64,000 nt of DNA from Acidobacteriota bacterium (GCA_011526565.1 WYBL01000116.1:3019-67018); one strand, 5' to 3'. Positions 34,756-47,636 are shown, numbered from the stretch's first letter. Made by a program: numbers and translations. The notes: a model not told the origin generated them from the sequence alone.

Positions 34756-37451
34756 GCCGGGGGCTGGCCGCGCAGCTGCGCAGCCTCGGCGCTCTGCGCG
34801 CGCTCGCGGGCGAACGCTTCCAGCACCTCGCGCATGCGCGGGTGGCTCGCGGTACACGCCTCGAGCGCCTCGCGGGTCAGCTCCAGCAGCTCGCCCCGGG
34901 TCGAGGCGATCACGGTCGCGCGCCGCGGGCCACCCGAGAGCGCGGCCATCTCGCCGAAGAAGGCGCCGTCGCGCAGCACCGCCAGGCGCGCGTCGTGGCC
35001 GCGCGGGGTGCGCACGAACACCTTGACCACGCCGGTGGCGAGGATGAACAGGCTGCCGCCGGGCTCGCCTTCGCTGATCAGGATCTCGCCCGGCTCGATC
35101 GGCACCAGCCGGAGCTGCTGGACGAGCGCCAGCAGCTCTTCTTCGGTGAAGCCCTCGAACAGCGGGCTGCCGCGCAGGCCGCTGTCGTAGGAGCGGGCGG
35201 CCGCCGGCGCCGCCTGCGCGCCCAGCGTCGGCGTGCGCTGCACCTGGTCGCGCACGACGTCGACGAGCCAGTCGGCGAAGCTCGCCTCGGTGCGCGGGCC
35301 GCGCGCGGGCGCGGGGGCGACGGGTGGCGGCGGGGCGGGCACGGGCGGGGCCGGCTCGGCGGCGGCGGTCGCCCGCGGCCGCTTGAGCGGCGCGAGGTTG
35401 ACCTCCTCGACGTAGCGCCGCTGCAGTCCCTCGATCTTCTTGAGGATCGCGATCGCCTTCTCGGGGAACCCGCCGCGCACGAGCTCGTCGGCGAGGCCCA
35501 CCAGCACCGCGACCGCGTCCTCCTCCTTGCCCGCTCGCAGCAGCGCGTCGGCCAGCCGCAACTGCATCTTGGGGTCCCACTGGCTGGCGCCGAAGTGGGC
35601 GAGCAGCACCTCGGTGGCACGCCGCCGGGTGTTCTCCGCGTCGAGCGCGACCGCGCGCACCGCGGCGTTGGCGGGCGAACTGGCGCGCGCGATGTAGGCC
35701 GCCTCCAGCCGGTCGCGCACCCGCGGGTGCACGGCGGCCATCGCGTCGAGCGTGGGCTTCGACAGCTCGAGGCACTCGACCCAGTCGGCGGCGACGACGG
35801 TCGCGGAACGCGGGCGGCCGGAGAGCGCGGAGACCTCGCCGAACCAGTCGCCCTCGAGGAGGCGCGCGACCTCGACGTTGCGGCCGACCGGGTTGCGCAC
35901 GTAGACCCGCAGCTCGCCGGTCGTGAGCAGGAACAGGCTGTTGCCCGGCGCGCCCTCGCTGACCAGCACGTCGCCCGGGTCCCACGTGCGCAGCGTCAGG
36001 CCTTCGACGACGGCCATCAGCTCGTCCTGCTTGAGGTCGCCGAACAGGGGCGTGGCCAGCAGGCGCCGGCTCATCTCCAGGTAGTGGCGAGCGTCGACAC
36101 GAACGGGGTGCGCCTCTTCGTCGAGCGCGTCGATCTCGGGCTCGACGGGTTTCGCGACCGGTTCGCCGGGCCGCTTCAGCACGTCCTGGACGAGGTCGAG
36201 GAGCTGGTCGTGGAACTCCGCCTCGTCGAGGCCCTCCGAGCCCTCGGGCTCGGGCAGCAGCTCGATCAGCGACTCGGGAGGCGCTTCGTCTTCGGCCTCC
36301 GGCTCCACTTCCGGGGAGGGCTCGACTTCTGCCGCCACCGGCGCCGCGGCGTCCACCGGTTGCGCTTGCTCCACCTGCAGCGCCGGCGCCGCGGGCTCGG
36401 GCGCTGCCGCGGCAATCGGCTCAGGCTCCACCGTGGGCTCGGCGGCAGGCTCGGTCTCGGGCTCGGTCTCGGGCTCGGTGTCGACCTCGGGCTCGGCTTC
36501 CGGCTCCGGCTCGATGCGCGGCTCCTCATCGCCCTCGCGGCTCAGGAACCCGCGCAGCGCGCCCTTGAAGCGATCGACGCCGGACTCCTCGGCGTCGGGG
36601 CTCGCGGCTTCGGGCGCGGGCGCGTCCGCGGCGGCCAGCGCGGGCTCGGGTGCTTCGGCCGGGACCGGCTCGGGTGCGGAGGGCGCCGCGGGCTCCGCGG
36701 GCTTCTCGTCGTCGACGAGCGACGACAGGAAGCGGCGGAACACGGAGCGCAGGCGACCGCCCGCGGGCTTCGCCGGCTCGGCCGGCGCCTCCGGCTCCGG
36801 CACCGGCTCGGCCTCGGGTTCGGGCTCAGGCACGGGCTCGGCCTCGGGTTCCTCGGCCCGAGCTTCGGCGGCCTGCTGCGCGGGCGACGGCGGGACCTCG
36901 GCCGCGGCTGGCGCAGGTGGCGTGGGCACCGGAACCGCGGCCGCCTCGTCGGGCGGCAGCGGCCCGCCGATCTCGGGCGGCAGCGCCGTGAAGTCGGGCA
37001 CTGCCATCCGCGACAGCGTCTCGTCGCCGGGCGCCTCGCCGATCTCCTCGATCCCGAACAGGGGCGCCGGGGCGGGTCGCGGCGTCGGGGTCGGCGTCGA
37101 GCTGCCCGCAGCCGACTGGCGCGCCTGCTCCTCGACCAGCGCGGCCATCCGCTCCGCGACGTCGGCGCGCCCCGGGTCGACCTTCTCGACGCGCTTGAGG
37201 ATCGCGATCGCCTTGGCGACGAAGCCGTCGCGGCGCAGCTCGTCGACCAGCGCCAGCAGGATCGGGCATGCCTCGTTCGGGCGGCCCGCCTGGATCAGCA
37301 GGTCCGCGAGCTGGAGGCGCACCTTCTCCGAGGGCGCCTTGCCCTCGAGCTGCTCGCGCAGCGTCTCGATCGCCTTCGCCCGCCGCTTGCGGGCGAGGAT
37401 CTCGGAGACGTTCGACTCGATCGGCGAGTTGAGCCAGTCGATCGGCGGCAT
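34752..37451 (-). CDS. large signalling protein: 2 x (TPR-like module + cyclic-nucleotide-binding domain) separated by a long acidic Pro/Glu/Ala linker
   Basis: Start taken at ATG 37451 (MPPIDWLNSPIE); ATG 37514 is an alternative. Modules: AKAIETLREQL..ADLLIQAGRPNEACPILLALVDEL..AIAILKRVEKVDPGRADV, and a second copy LADALLRAGKEEDAVAVLVGLADEL..AIAILKKIEGL. cNMP domains: PLFGDLKQDEL..FGEVSALSGRPRSATVVA and PLFEGFTEEEL..FGEMAALSGGPRRATVIA. Confidence 0.8.
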   Translation of the reverse strand: MPPIDWLNSPIESNVSEILARKRRAKAIETLREQLEGKAPSEKVRLQLADLLIQAGRPNEACPILLALVDELRRDGFVAKAIAILKRVEKVDPGRADVAERMAALVEEQARQSAAGSSTPTPTPRPAPAPLFGIEEIGEAPGDETLSRMAVPDFTALPPEIGGPLPPDEAAAVPVPTPPAPAAAEVPPSPAQQAAEARAEEPEAEPVPEPEPEAEPVPEPEAPAEPAKPAGGRLRSVFRRFLSSLVDDEKPAEPAAPSAPEPVPAEAPEPALAAADAPAPEAASPDAEESGVDRFKGALRGFLSREGDEEPRIEPEPEAEPEVDTEPETEPETEPAAEPTVEPEPIAAAAPEPAAPALQVEQAQPVDAAAPVAAEVEPSPEVEPEAEDEAPPESLIELLPEPEGSEGLDEAEFHDQLLDLVQDVLKRPGEPVAKPVEPEIDALDEEAHPVRVDARHYLEMSRRLLATPLFGDLKQDELMAVVEGLTLRTWDPGDVLVSEGAPGNSLFLLTTGELRVYVRNPVGRNVEVARLLEGDWFGEVSALSGRPRSATVVAADWVECLELSKPTLDAMAAVHPRVRDRLEAAYIARASSPANAAVRAVALDAENTRRRATEVLLAHFGASQWDPKMQLRLADALLRAGKEEDAVAVLVGLADELVRGGFPEKAIAILKKIEGLQRRYVEEVNLAPLKRPRATAAAEPAPPVPAPPPPVAPAPARGPRTEASFADWLVDVVRDQVQRTPTLGAQAAPAAARSYDSGLRGSPLFEGFTEEELLALVQQLRLVPIEPGEILISEGEPGGSLFILATGVVKVFVRTPRGHDARLAVLRDGAFFGEMAALSGGPRRATVIASTRGELLELTREALEACTASHPRMREVLEAFARERAQSAEAAQLRGQPPA
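36448..36483. repeat. 12-bp x3 microsatellite (GGCTCGGTCTCG) within the acidic-linker coding region
   Basis: Units at 36448-36459, 36460-36471 and 36472-36483, the last with 1 mismatch. They encode ..TEPETEPETEP.. on the minus strand. A second 17-bp direct repeat GGCTCGGCCTCGGGTTC occurs twice near 36800-36850. Confidence 0.8.
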
Positions 37452-37524
37452 CGTGGTAACCCGTTGAAGGTGAGCGGCCGAGGCGAGGCTATGCGCCACG
37501 CGGCCGGGGGTCAACCGGCCAAAC

Positions 37525-37540
37525 TTGACTTTTTAGTCCA
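37525..37540. promoter_or_regulatory. imperfect palindrome TTGACTTTTTAGTCCA overlapping a -35-like TTGACT upstream of sufB; candidate Rrf2-regulator site
   Basis: GACT-N4-AGTC arms at 37527-37538 lie in the AT-richest part of the 152-bp region upstream of sufB. An Rrf2 regulator is encoded at the end of the operon. E. coli IscR type-1 sites have GACT-N5-AGTC (from memory), so the spacing differs by 1. Confidence 0.3.
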
Positions 37541-37603
37541 GATTGCCGATTCTTGGGTCTGCGCCCTCCCCGAGCGCGGCATCGGAAGGACTTCCCGCCC
37601 GCC

Positions 37604-39043
<1,440 letters not shown>

Positions 39044-39065
39044 CGGCAACAGGAATCGAAGAGAG

Positions 39066-39832
<767 letters not shown>

Positions 39833-39836
<4 letters not shown>

Positions 39837-41253
39837 GCACGGTGGAACCGGCCGCGCCGGACGCGACCACCCCGGCTCCGGCCCCCGCGGCCGCGCCGAG
39901 CGCTGTCGAGGTGCGCGAGACCCAGCGCGAGGCTTCACGGCGCGACGAAATCGCACCCTGGCTCGTGGCGCTCGAGGCGCTGCGCCGAAAGGGAGAGCCG
40001 GAGTGGCTGGCCGCGCAGCGCGACGACGCCACGGCCCGCTTCGCGCGCCTCGGCTTCCCCACCACCCGCGACGAGGCCTGGCGCCAGACCAGCGTCGCGG
40101 CGCTGGCGCGCACCCGCTTCGACAACGCGACCCGCGGCGCGCTCGACGACGCGCTCGAATCGATGCCCGCGTTCCGCTTCGGCGGAGCGTTCGCCGGCCG
40201 CGAGGCGGTGTTCGTCAACGGCCGCTTCATGCCCGAGCTCTCCAGCCTCGGCAAGCTGGCCCGGGTGCGGGTGCGACCGCTGCGCCAGGTGCTCGCGGAC
40301 GACCCCGACGCGCTGTGCGGCCTGATCGGCGCGGCGGCCGACGACGACAAGCACCCGTTCCTGGCCCTGAACCTCGCCGCCTTCCAGGACGGCGCGGTGG
40401 TCGAGGTGCCCGAGCGATACACGGTCCACGGCCCGATCCACCTGCTCTTCATCAGCACCGGCGGCGCGGCCAGCCATCCGCGGGTGCTGATCGGCCTCAA
40501 CCGCAACTCCCAGGCGACGGTCGTCGAGAGCTACGTCAGCCCGCGCGGCGCCCACTCGTTCTGCAACGCGGCCACCGAGGTGCTGCTCGGCGACGGCGCC
40601 GTGCTCGACCACGTGCGGCTGCAGGCGGAGTCGGAGAAGGCCTACCACGTCGCCACCACCGCGACCCGGGTCAGCCGCAGCGCCACCTACCGCAGCCACG
40701 CGCTGACGCTGGGTGCGGCTCTCTCCCGCCACGACCTCGGCGTGCGGCTCGAGGGCGAAGGCGCCGACGTCGAACTGCACGGCCTGTTCGTCTCCGACGA
40801 CGCCCAGCTCCACGACACCCACTCGAAGCTCGACCACGTCGCCCCGCACGGCACCTCGCGCGAGGTCTACAAGGGCGTGCTCGGCGGCCGCGCTCGCGGC
40901 GTCAAGAACGGGCTGATCGTGGTGCGCCCCGGCGCCCAGAAGACCGACGCCCAGCAACAGAGCCGCAACCTGCTGCTCTCGCGCGAGGCGCTGGTCCACG
41001 CCACGCCGCAGCTCCTGATCCACGCCGACGACGTCAAGTGCAAGCACGGCGCGACCACGGGCCAGATCGAGGACGCGCCGCTGTTCTACCTGCGGTCGCG
41101 CGGCCTCGACGAGGAGGCGGCCCGCGCGCTGCTGGTGTGGGCGTTCGCGGCCGACGTGGTGTCGAAGCTGAAGGTGGCGCCGGTCCGCGAGTCGGTCGAG
41201 CGCTTCCTGCGCGAGCGGCTGCCGGCGGCCGGCGCGGTGCCCGGGACCCGCGC

Positions 41254-41257
<4 letters not shown>
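39833..41257 (+). CDS. sufD: Fe-S cluster assembly protein SufD
   Basis: ATG 39833 overlaps the sufC stop (ATGA). The C-terminal beta-helix region (SRNLLLSREALVHATPQLLIHADDVKCKHGATTGQIEDAPLFYLRSRGL) is typical of SufD. Confidence 0.9.
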
Positions 41258-42506
<1,249 letters not shown>

Positions 42507-42507
<1 letters not shown>

Positions 42508-42965
42508 TGTCCGACCTGCGCGAGCTGTACCAGGAGGTCATCCTGGACCACACGAAGAAGCCGCGCAACAAGCGGCCGATGCCCGATGCCACCGGCCACA
42601 GCGACGGCATGAACCCGCTGTGCGGCGACAAGGCGACGGTGTACGTGAAGGTCGAGGACGGGCGCGTCGTCGACGTCTCGTTCGAGGGCCAGGGCTGCTC
42701 GATCTCGACCGCCTCGGCCTCGATGATGACCGAGGCGGTGCGCGGCAAGACGCCCGCCGAGGTCGACGCGCTGTTCGAGCGCTTCCACGCCCTCGTCACA
42801 GCCCCGCCCGACCAGGCGGGCCGCGACGCCGCTCCCGAGCTCGGCAAGCTGGCCGTGTTCGCGGGCGTGTGCGAGTTCCCCGTGCGCGTGAAGTGCGCGT
42901 CGCTCGCGTGGCACACGCTGAAGGCCGCGCTCGCCGGCAACGGCACGCCGGTCAGCACCGAGTAG
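42507..42965 (+). CDS. sufU: SufU/IscU-type Fe-S scaffold / sulfur-transfer protein
   Basis: ATG 42507 overlaps the sufS TGA by 1 nt. The conserved Cys residues are in NPLCGD, GQGCSISTAS and VKCASLAW. Confidence 0.85.
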
Positions 42966-42975
42966 GAGCCCCATC

Positions 42976-43518
42976 ATGATGAGACAGGCCAAGACGCTGT
43001 CCCGCGACATCGAGGCGACGGCGATCCCCTACGGCGACAAGATCCCGCTCAAGGCGGGCGCGATGGTCTACATCACCCAGGCCCTCGGTGGCACCTGGAC
43101 CGCGATGACCGACCACGGCTACATGGTGCGCATCGAGGCCACCGACGCCGACGCCATCGGCGAGAAGGCCGACCAGGGCCCGAGCCCCGAGGACCTCGCC
43201 AGCAAGCCGCTCGACCAGCTCTGCTGGGACCAGCTCAAGACCTGCTTCGACCCCGAGATCCCGGTCAACATCGTCGACCTCGGCCTCGTCTACGAGTGCG
43301 TGATCAGCGACCGGCCCGAGGGCGGCAAGAAGGTGGCGATCCGCTTCACGCTGACCGCCCCCGGCTGCGGCATGGGCGACTACCTGAAGGCCGACATCGA
43401 GCGCAAGATCGCGAGCATCCCCGGCGTCGACGAGTTCGACGTGCAGCTCGCCTTCGAGCCCCAGTGGAACCAGGCCATGATGAGCGACGCCGCGCGGCTG
43501 CAGCTCGGCCTGATGTGA
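42976..43518 (+). CDS. sufT: SufT-like Fe-S assembly protein (DUF59/MIP18 domain)
   Basis: C-terminal DUF59 core (CFDPEIPVNIVDLGLVY..FTLTAPGCGMG) with an N-terminal extension as in SufT-type proteins. It sits in the suf operon. Confidence 0.75.
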   Translation: MMRQAKTLSRDIEATAIPYGDKIPLKAGAMVYITQALGGTWTAMTDHGYMVRIEATDADAIGEKADQGPSPEDLASKPLDQLCWDQLKTCFDPEIPVNIVDLGLVYECVISDRPEGGKKVAIRFTLTAPGCGMGDYLKADIERKIASIPGVDEFDVQLAFEPQWNQAMMSDAARLQLGLM

Positions 43519-43537
43519 GGGGCGCGAGGCCCGCCGC

Positions 43538-43990
43538 TTGAAGCTCTCGTCCCAGGAGGAGTACGGCCTGCGCTGCCTGCTCCAGCTCGCCCGCGCGGGC
43601 GACGCCGCCAGCCTGACCATCGCGGAGCTGAGCAAGCGCGAGGGCCTGTCGGCCCCCAACGTCGCCAAGATGCTGCGCCTGCTGCGCCGCTCCGGCTTCG
43701 TGCGTGCCACCCGCGGCCAGCAGGGCGGCTACGCCCTCGCCCGCCCCGCGGCGACGATCAGCGTCGGCGAAGCCCTCTCCGCCCTCGGCGGCCGCATCTT
43801 CGACGAAGGCTTCTGCGACCGCCACGCGGGCGCCGAAGCCTCCTGCGCCCACCTCGACGGCTGCTCGATCAAGCCCGTCCTGCAGCGCCTCCAGGAAGTC
43901 GTCGACTCGGTCCTCGGCCACATGACCCTGTCCGAGCTGCTGAGCCCGCAGGCCCCCCTGATCCGTCTCCAGTCCCGAAGACCGGCCTGA
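43538..43990 (+). CDS. Rrf2-family transcriptional regulator (IscR-like, Cys-cluster)
   Basis: TTG start. wHTH LTIAELSKREGLSAPNVAKMLRLLRRSGFVRATRGQQGGYALARP, and a three-Cys cluster FCDRHAGAEASCAHLDGC. Confidence 0.85.
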   Translation: MKLSSQEEYGLRCLLQLARAGDAASLTIAELSKREGLSAPNVAKMLRLLRRSGFVRATRGQQGGYALARPAATISVGEALSALGGRIFDEGFCDRHAGAEASCAHLDGCSIKPVLQRLQEVVDSVLGHMTLSELLSPQAPLIRLQSRRPA

Positions 43991-44002
43991 AACGTCCGGC
44001 CC

Positions 44003-44401
44003 TCAGCACCACTTGAAGAAGGGCACGATCGGGCCGCGCCGGGCACCGAGCCAGAACCCGCAGTCGACTTCCATCGACGCCACCTTCGCGTCTCGCAACT
44101 CGATCTCGGAGTGACCGGCGGCGTCCGCCAGGGCGCGAGCGAGACGCCCGAGCATCACGGCGCGGGACCGGACGTTGGCTCGGGCCTTCTTCCAGTCCTG
44201 GCCGATGGCGTGCTCGGCGAAGAAGAACGTCCTCGTGTAGTGCCCGATCCACCAGCCCCGGGCGTCGTCTCCGATAGGGAACGCCTGCTTGCTGCCCGGC
44301 TTCTTGCCGACGCCTCTGCCGACCATCGGTAGCACGTCGGCCTCGAAGCGCGCCTTCATGCGCTGGGTCTCGACGCTCGGGTCAATCGTGATCGTACCCA
44401 T
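44003..44401 (-). CDS. hypothetical protein (132 aa), last gene of the sigma/kinase operon
   Basis: Track ORF trimmed to ATG 44401, which has GGAGG 5 nt upstream. Sequence MGTITIDPSVETQRMKARFEADVLPMV..WWIGHYTRTFFFAEHAIGQDWKKA..PFFKWC. I recognise no family. Confidence 0.6.
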   Translation of the reverse strand: MGTITIDPSVETQRMKARFEADVLPMVGRGVGKKPGSKQAFPIGDDARGWWIGHYTRTFFFAEHAIGQDWKKARANVRSRAVMLGRLARALADAAGHSEIELRDAKVASMEVDCGFWLGARRGPIVPFFKWC

Positions 44402-44461
44402 ATCACCCTCCACGGTGGTCCTGTCCACAAGAACGGCAGCCCGGCGCGATACGAACGACGG

Positions 44462-47047
44462 TCAATGCCAGAGCGCCTTGGCGAAACCGCGGGCGTCCCT
44501 AACGGACCGCCGGCCCGGCACCGCGGCAAGAGCGCCCCGAAGAAGACTCGCGAGCCACTCCGGTGTGCGGCTGGCGTCCAGGCGTGCGGGAGAGCCCTGG
44601 CGGACCGTGCGCAGCGTGATCTCCTCGGTAGCCCCCTGGAATGGATGGCTCCCTGCAATCGCCTCGTAGATCACGACCGCCAGCGCCCAGACGTCCCACT
44701 CGGGCGAAGGCGCCACGCCCTCCCAGGCTTCCGGCGGAAGGTAGCGGGGAGTGCCTGCGACACAACCTTCCTGGTCCGCAGACAGCTCCATGAGGTGCGC
44801 GAGGCCGAAATCCAGGAGCTTGGGCGGGCCGGCAACCTGGAATCCGACATTCCCCGGCTTGATGTCACGGTGGAGCAGGCCCTCATCGTGGAGGTCGGCG
44901 AGCGTCGTGGCCAGGGCGCGGCCGAGGCTGAGGCTGGCTTCCAGACCCAGCGGGCCCCGCGTCAGGCGGTCCGCGAGCGTCTCGCCCGCGAGGTACTCCA
45001 CGACCAAGAACGGCACGCCCTTCCAGGTTTCTGCCCCGAACAGGGTCGCCACGCCGGGGTGGTTGATCGACGCCATCACGCGCGCCTCGGATCGCAGCCG
45101 TGCCGCCAGTGCCGGGGACGATCGCGGGAGCGTCTTCAGGGCCACGGTGCGCCCGAGAGTCGTGTCTTCTGCCTCGTAGACGACGCCCATGCCACCCTGA
45201 CCGACGCGCCGAACCAGCCGGAACTTGCCCAGCGCGATGCGCGGCAAGGCCGCCTGCCGACTTCGATCGGCGCCGCACTCGCAGCGCGGTTCGGAGTGAG
45301 CGCGAACTCGCGTGCAGGCGTCGCATTCCAGACCCGGCTCGTCGTCCCACTCCCCGCCCTCGGCGGCGCCCGGCTGCGGCACGCGAGCGATCGCGATTCC
45401 CGCAGCGGACGCGAGACTGTGAGCGAGTTCCTGCGCTCCGCGGTCCCAAGGCTCCTCGGACACGCGTTCGCCGAGGGCCAGGATGGCCGCCGGCTGTCCC
45501 GTGCTGCCCATCACGGGAACGACCAAGGTCACGCCGAGGTCGCTGCTCCATGCACGGTCGTCGTCAGGGAGCAAGGCCAGGAGGCGCGGTGTGATCTCCA
45601 GCGGGCGCGGGTCGGCGTCGAGCATCGCCACGATCGCGCTGCTCGCACTGAGTGGCCGGCAGGCGGAATCGCCCCCAGCGAACGTGCCGCTCGAGTTCCT
45701 CGTCAGAACGCGAACCTGGGTCGCCCCCAACGACATCCTCACCTCGCCTGTGAGGGCCGCCGCGACGTCGCGCTGACCCCGGGCCGCGCTCAGCGCGGTC
45801 AGCAGGCGTTGCAGCCCCGCGCCGCGGTCTCCATCGCCACGCGAGAACAGCCGATCGAGCCCGGCCTGGATCGGCCTGCGAAGCACCCGCAGGACTGTCG
45901 AGAGCGCGAGGGCCGCCAGCAGGCCCTTGCCCGGCCCCGCTCCGAGCAACTCGGCGAGCGGTCGATGGCGCTCGGCGAACAGGTATAGGGCCAACAGCAG
46001 GGCTGGCAGGAACACCAGCAAGTGAAGCGTCGTGCGGGCCAGTGCATGAGAGAGCGCACGCCGCGCCAGGAGGCGGAGGCCGAGGACGCGGCCCGCCGCT
46101 ACGGCTGCAGCGGTCGTCACGGGCAGCGACAGGAGGCCTCCATAGACGATGGTGTCCGTGGCGGCCTCGTACCGATCGACCCAGCGCTCCGCACCCGGCA
46201 CCAGGACCGAAACCAGCGTCAGGAGTACGAGCGGCGCTAGGCCGACGAAGACGGCCACGACGAAGCCGGCCACCCGACGCCCCTCGTCGCCGCTGGCAAG
46301 CCGCGCCTTGCGCAGGGCCAGACGAGCTCCGAGGGCCATGACCGAGAACTGCGCGGCCCAGAACAAGCGACCGCGGCCGTCACCGCCGTCGCGGCCGACG
46401 ACGATCAGCGCCTCACCCAGCGGGCTACCCGAGGCCAGCACTGCAACCGGGGTCACCAGGAAGAGGAACAGACCCAGGGCCGCTGCCGCCTTCTCCAACC
46501 GGACCAGCCCAACCTGTGCCGGCAGGTGGGCTGGCGCGGCGGGGAATCGCAGCAGGAGCGCGAGGAAGGTCGCCGCGAGGAATGCGTCGGGCTGCAGGCC
46601 CGCAAGGAGCGATACGCCGCTGGCCGCGCCCGAAGTGGCGGCGGCGATCGGCCTCGTGGCGAACGTCGCCGCCACGACGACGTAGAAGACGCCGAGACGG
46701 ATCGCGCGAGGGTCGCGGTCTCCGGAGTAGAGGAGCGCGGCACCGGAAAAGCCGAAAACCAGGAGTGGTCCGATGAGTCCGAAGTCCGAGTTCGCGATCG
46801 CCAGCCCGAGCCCTGACAAAGCGCGCGTCGCAGCGAGTAGGCAGAGCAGGCGGAACCCGAGGGACAACGGGTCCGAGACCGAGGCGCTCGCCACCCTGGC
46901 TCGCGCCCGGACGTTTTCGGCAACCGCCTCGAGTACGGTCGCGGTTCGCGACGGCAGCGCGACTCCGCGGTAGGCATCGCGCCAGTCCAGCGGTGCGCCA
47001 TCGGCCGCCGCCGCGGCGAGCCGCACGAGCGCGCCCTCAGGCTCCAT
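44462..47047 (-). CDS. Ser/Thr protein kinase with C-terminal kinase domain, N-terminal polytopic membrane region, GAF-like domain and Cys4 ribbon
   Basis: ATG 47047 (MEPEGALVRL) overlaps the sigma gene stop by 11 nt; the track start 47065 is a TTG. There are about 8-10 hydrophobic helices, then a Cys ribbon ECDACTRVRAHSEPRCECG. Kinase motifs: GQGGMGVVY, VALK, HRDIKPGN, DFGLA, GTPRYLPPE. Confidence 0.85.
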   Translation of the reverse strand: MEPEGALVRLAAAAADGAPLDWRDAYRGVALPSRTATVLEAVAENVRARARVASASVSDPLSLGFRLLCLLAATRALSGLGLAIANSDFGLIGPLLVFGFSGAALLYSGDRDPRAIRLGVFYVVVAATFATRPIAAATSGAASGVSLLAGLQPDAFLAATFLALLLRFPAAPAHLPAQVGLVRLEKAAAALGLFLFLVTPVAVLASGSPLGEALIVVGRDGGDGRGRLFWAAQFSVMALGARLALRKARLASGDEGRRVAGFVVAVFVGLAPLVLLTLVSVLVPGAERWVDRYEAATDTIVYGGLLSLPVTTAAAVAAGRVLGLRLLARRALSHALARTTLHLLVFLPALLLALYLFAERHRPLAELLGAGPGKGLLAALALSTVLRVLRRPIQAGLDRLFSRGDGDRGAGLQRLLTALSAARGQRDVAAALTGEVRMSLGATQVRVLTRNSSGTFAGGDSACRPLSASSAIVAMLDADPRPLEITPRLLALLPDDDRAWSSDLGVTLVVPVMGSTGQPAAILALGERVSEEPWDRGAQELAHSLASAAGIAIARVPQPGAAEGGEWDDEPGLECDACTRVRAHSEPRCECGADRSRQAALPRIALGKFRLVRRVGQGGMGVVYEAEDTTLGRTVALKTLPRSSPALAARLRSEARVMASINHPGVATLFGAETWKGVPFLVVEYLAGETLADRLTRGPLGLEASLSLGRALATTLADLHDEGLLHRDIKPGNVGFQVAGPPKLLDFGLAHLMELSADQEGCVAGTPRYLPPEAWEGVAPSPEWDVWALAVVIYEAIAGSHPFQGATEEITLRTVRQGSPARLDASRTPEWLASLLRGALAAVPGRRSVRDARGFAKALWH

Positions 47048-47636
47048 CGCCCATCGCCTTCGCAAGCTTGGCGAGCGCGCGCGCCACGACCATCCGGGCC
47101 GAGTCCGAAGAGGGCTTGCCCAGTGCCAGCGCGATCTGCTCGTAGCTGTATCCCATCTCGACCCGGGCGACGACCGCCTGCTGCTCGGGAGCCGGCAACT
47201 CGGCCAGGGCGGCCTGGTAGCGGCCCCGAAGTTCGGCGTCGGCGAAGAGGGAGTCCGGCCCTGGCTCCCGGCTCGCCATCTCGTCGCCGATCTCGTCGAC
47301 AGGCGGCCGGCGCGCGGCCCGACGGACGTGGTCGCGAACCCGGTTGACGACGGCCGTGCGGAGGTACGCCCCCAGCGCGCCGCGTCGGCGCGCGTCGAAG
47401 CGATCGAGATTCCGGACGGCCCCGATCAGCGTCTCCTGGACGATGTCTGCGGTGTCGCCCAGCGCGCGCGCCCACCCCGGCAGCCGCCCGCGGGCGAACC
47501 GGAGCAGCCCGGGCATCTCCCGCTCCAGCAGCCGCTCGAGGGCGGAGCGATTCCCGCGCCGCGCCAGGCTGAGCAGGCGCACGGTGGTCGGGGCCGGGGA
47601 GAGAGGGGCCTCGGTCAAGGGATCACGACTCCGCAC
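47037..47636 (-). CDS. ECF-type RNA polymerase sigma factor
   Basis: Region 2 (ALERLLEREMPGLLRFARGRL..DTADIVQETLIGAVRNLDRFD) and region 4 (LPAPEQQAVVARVEMGYSYEQIALALGKPSSDSARMVVARALAKL). The start is uncertain: GTG 47636 is preferred and ATG 47717 is the track option. Confidence 0.8.
   Translation of the reverse strand: MRSRDPLTEAPLSPAPTTVRLLSLARRGNRSALERLLEREMPGLLRFARGRLPGWARALGDTADIVQETLIGAVRNLDRFDARRRGALGAYLRTAVVNRVRDHVRRAARRPPVDEIGDEMASREPGPDSLFADAELRGRYQAALAELPAPEQQAVVARVEMGYSYEQIALALGKPSSDSARMVVARALAKLAKAMGDGA

Noticed and set aside
47037-47065. A separate small anti-sigma factor gene between the ECF sigma and the kinase
   Set aside because: There is no room. The kinase ORF starts inside the sigma gene's 3' end. 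No zf-HC2-type motif (HxxxCxxC) is visible in the kinase N-terminus.
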